Of a DNA stretch of 51,737 bases, positions 50,808 through 51,737 are shown one piece after another (within the stretch, counting starts at the first letter, position 1; the number at the start of each line of letters is the position of its first letter). The translations under genes were made by a program, and so were the position numbers. Under the pieces are notes generated by a model. The model did not search any database. It saw nothing but the letters and a program-made list of their open reading frames with translations, and was not told where the DNA came from. Source of the DNA: Nanohaloarchaea archaeon B1-Br10_U2g29 (GTDB taxonomy: Archaea; Nanohalarchaeota; Nanosalinia; Nanosalinales; Nanosalinaceae); contig LKMQ01000001.1 of the NCBI GenBank assembly GCA_001564145.1, positions 1-51,737 of the forward strand. Reading direction: 5' to 3'.

Positions 50808-51737
50808 CTACTTGAATTCATACTCAGGCTCATCATCTTCTTCCGAACCTCTTAAATCCTCAACCCTACCCCTTATTCTATCAATAGCTGATATTTCCTC
50901 TTCCTCATCAGAGTGAGAGTAACCCTCATCATCTTCACTTTCTGAAGATCCAATATCCATATCCTTCAAACTATCAATATCAAGCTCGTAATCATCACTA
51001 TACAGAACAAATCCTGCCCCTCCACCAGCTAATAACAGTAAGAAAAACAAACCAGCAATAATGTACCTATTTCTCATCGCAGTCTCATGTTCATCTTTTA
51101 CTTCCTCAAAAGTAGATTCAGCCGACTGAAGAGAACTTGCAAGGCCTTCTAAAATCTGATCAGCCTCGTAATATCTGCCTTCTTCAATAGCTTGCTGAGC
51201 TTCATCAAAACTAGCTTCAAACTCCTCAACCTCAGAGTCGACTCTCGACTCCCTATCATCATTGAAAGAGTTCCTCATATCCTCAAAACGGGACTCAAGA
51301 TCACTGTACTCATTGGAAATCTGTTCAACCTCTGACTCAATTTCTTCCTGCTGCTCATCATCAGCCCTTACAAGAAGCTCAACACTCACAGATGCATCAG
51401 CGGTTGAGGCCTCAAAAGTAACATTTGACTCTCCTAAATCATTTTCAGGAGAGATCTGTAAAACAACAGTCTCAGAATCACCGGGAACCATTTCACCATA
51501 TTCACCGGATTCGATAAAGGATTCAGATCCAGTAACTTCTCCTTCACTGACAACAATATCCCCAGTATTTTCAAGTACTATTTCAAAGTCAACTGTCTCA
51601 CCTGAAGTCACTTCAACAGACTCGCCAGCAGTCATGGAAAGCTCAGGATTTGCATCAGGCAAGTACTCAAACTCAAAGCTTTCAGAACTACCCCATTTAT
51701 CTAAATTGTCTTTAGCCCTCAGAAATACTTCATGACT
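50808..51737 (-). CDS. acidic type-I membrane/surface protein with Ig-like (CARDB-like) ectodomain; 5' end outside the window
   Basis: The reading frame stays open from 51662 to the window edge (…SHEVFLRAKDNLDKWGSSESFEFEYLPDANPE…). GESVEVTSGETVDFEIVLENTGD is a CARDB-like strand pattern. Coiled coil, a TM helix (YIIAGLFFLLLLAGGGAGFVLY), and an acidic cytoplasmic tail. Confidence 0.6.
   Translation of the reverse strand, partial: SHEVFLRAKDNLDKWGSSESFEFEYLPDANPELSMTAGESVEVTSGETVDFEIVLENTGDIVVSEGEVTGSESFIESGEYGEMVPGDSETVVLQISPENDLGESNVTFEASTADASVSVELLVRADDEQQEEIESEVEQISNEYSDLESRFEDMRNSFNDDRESRVDSEVEEFEASFDEAQQAIEEGRYYEADQILEGLASSLQSAESTFEEVKDEHETAMRNRYIIAGLFFLLLLAGGGAGFVLYSDDYELDIDSLKDMDIGSSESEDDEGYSHSDEEEEISAIDRIRGRVEDLRGSEEDDEPEYEFK

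Noticed and set aside
1-51737. CRISPR arrays, transposases, integrases, prophage or genomic-island boundaries (including at the two tRNA genes).
   Set aside because: I saw no regularly spaced direct repeats, no recombinase/transposase-like translations, and no duplicated tRNA 3' fragments. Composition, acidity and AGGCCT density are uniform across the window.
1-51737. Explaining the AGGCCT excess simply as a restriction-modification footprint.
   Set aside because: R-M systems are expected to deplete their palindromic target, not enrich it. No methyltransferase or endonuclease gene is present in this window. I kept the observation as a finding, with methylation-coupled repair as only one hypothesis.

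Overview
This is a 51.7-kb, very gene-dense archaeal chromosomal segment (about 90% coding, many 1-11 nt gene overlaps, short intergenic regions). GC is low (about 40-43% by eye), the proteome is strongly acidic (D/E-rich), and the archaeal information-processing genes are small. Together these suggest a halophilic DPANN / Nanohaloarchaeota-like organism; that is inference, not verified.

The content is mostly core genes:
- Replication and repair: MCM, RPA-like OB-fold proteins, ATP-dependent DNA ligase, endonuclease III.
- Transcription and chromatin: TBP, TFB, a histone.
- Translation: aIF2-beta, aIF5A, DRG GTPase, ribosomal proteins eS8, eL15 and eL37 (eL37 is missing from the ORF track), an Sm protein.
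- RNA modification and processing: Elp3, Trm1, CCA-adding enzyme, Nob1.
- Other: adenylate kinase, SppA, a complete A1Ao ATP synthase operon (atpHIKECFABD, 28393-36495), and two tRNAs (Ile-GAU, Lys-UUU).

I found no CRISPR array, rRNA, transposase, integrase or obvious prophage.

Most worth a second look:
1. The palindromic hexamer AGGCCT is massively over-represented across the whole window, in all codon phases and in intergenic DNA.
2. A 4.3-kb two-gene operon (40162-44460) encodes 559-aa and 869-aa cytoplasmic proteins with no family I can name. The larger one seems to carry a xylose-isomerase-like TIM-barrel metal-ligand pattern split by a ~450-aa insert.
3. A translationally coupled MoxR / DUF58 / SbcD-like phosphoesterase module sits behind two membrane/coiled-coil proteins.
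4. Several small unusual genes: a Vms1/VLRF1-like release-factor homolog, a membrane-tethered C2H2 zinc finger, a histone-fold protein with a coiled-coil tail, and a voltage-sensor-only membrane protein.
5. Regulatory architecture: TATA boxes ~26-30 nt upstream of start codons (implying leaderless mRNAs), palindromic TATA elements shared by divergent genes, and stem-loops bracketing atpK.

All functional calls come from reading the translations by eye. No database search was run.
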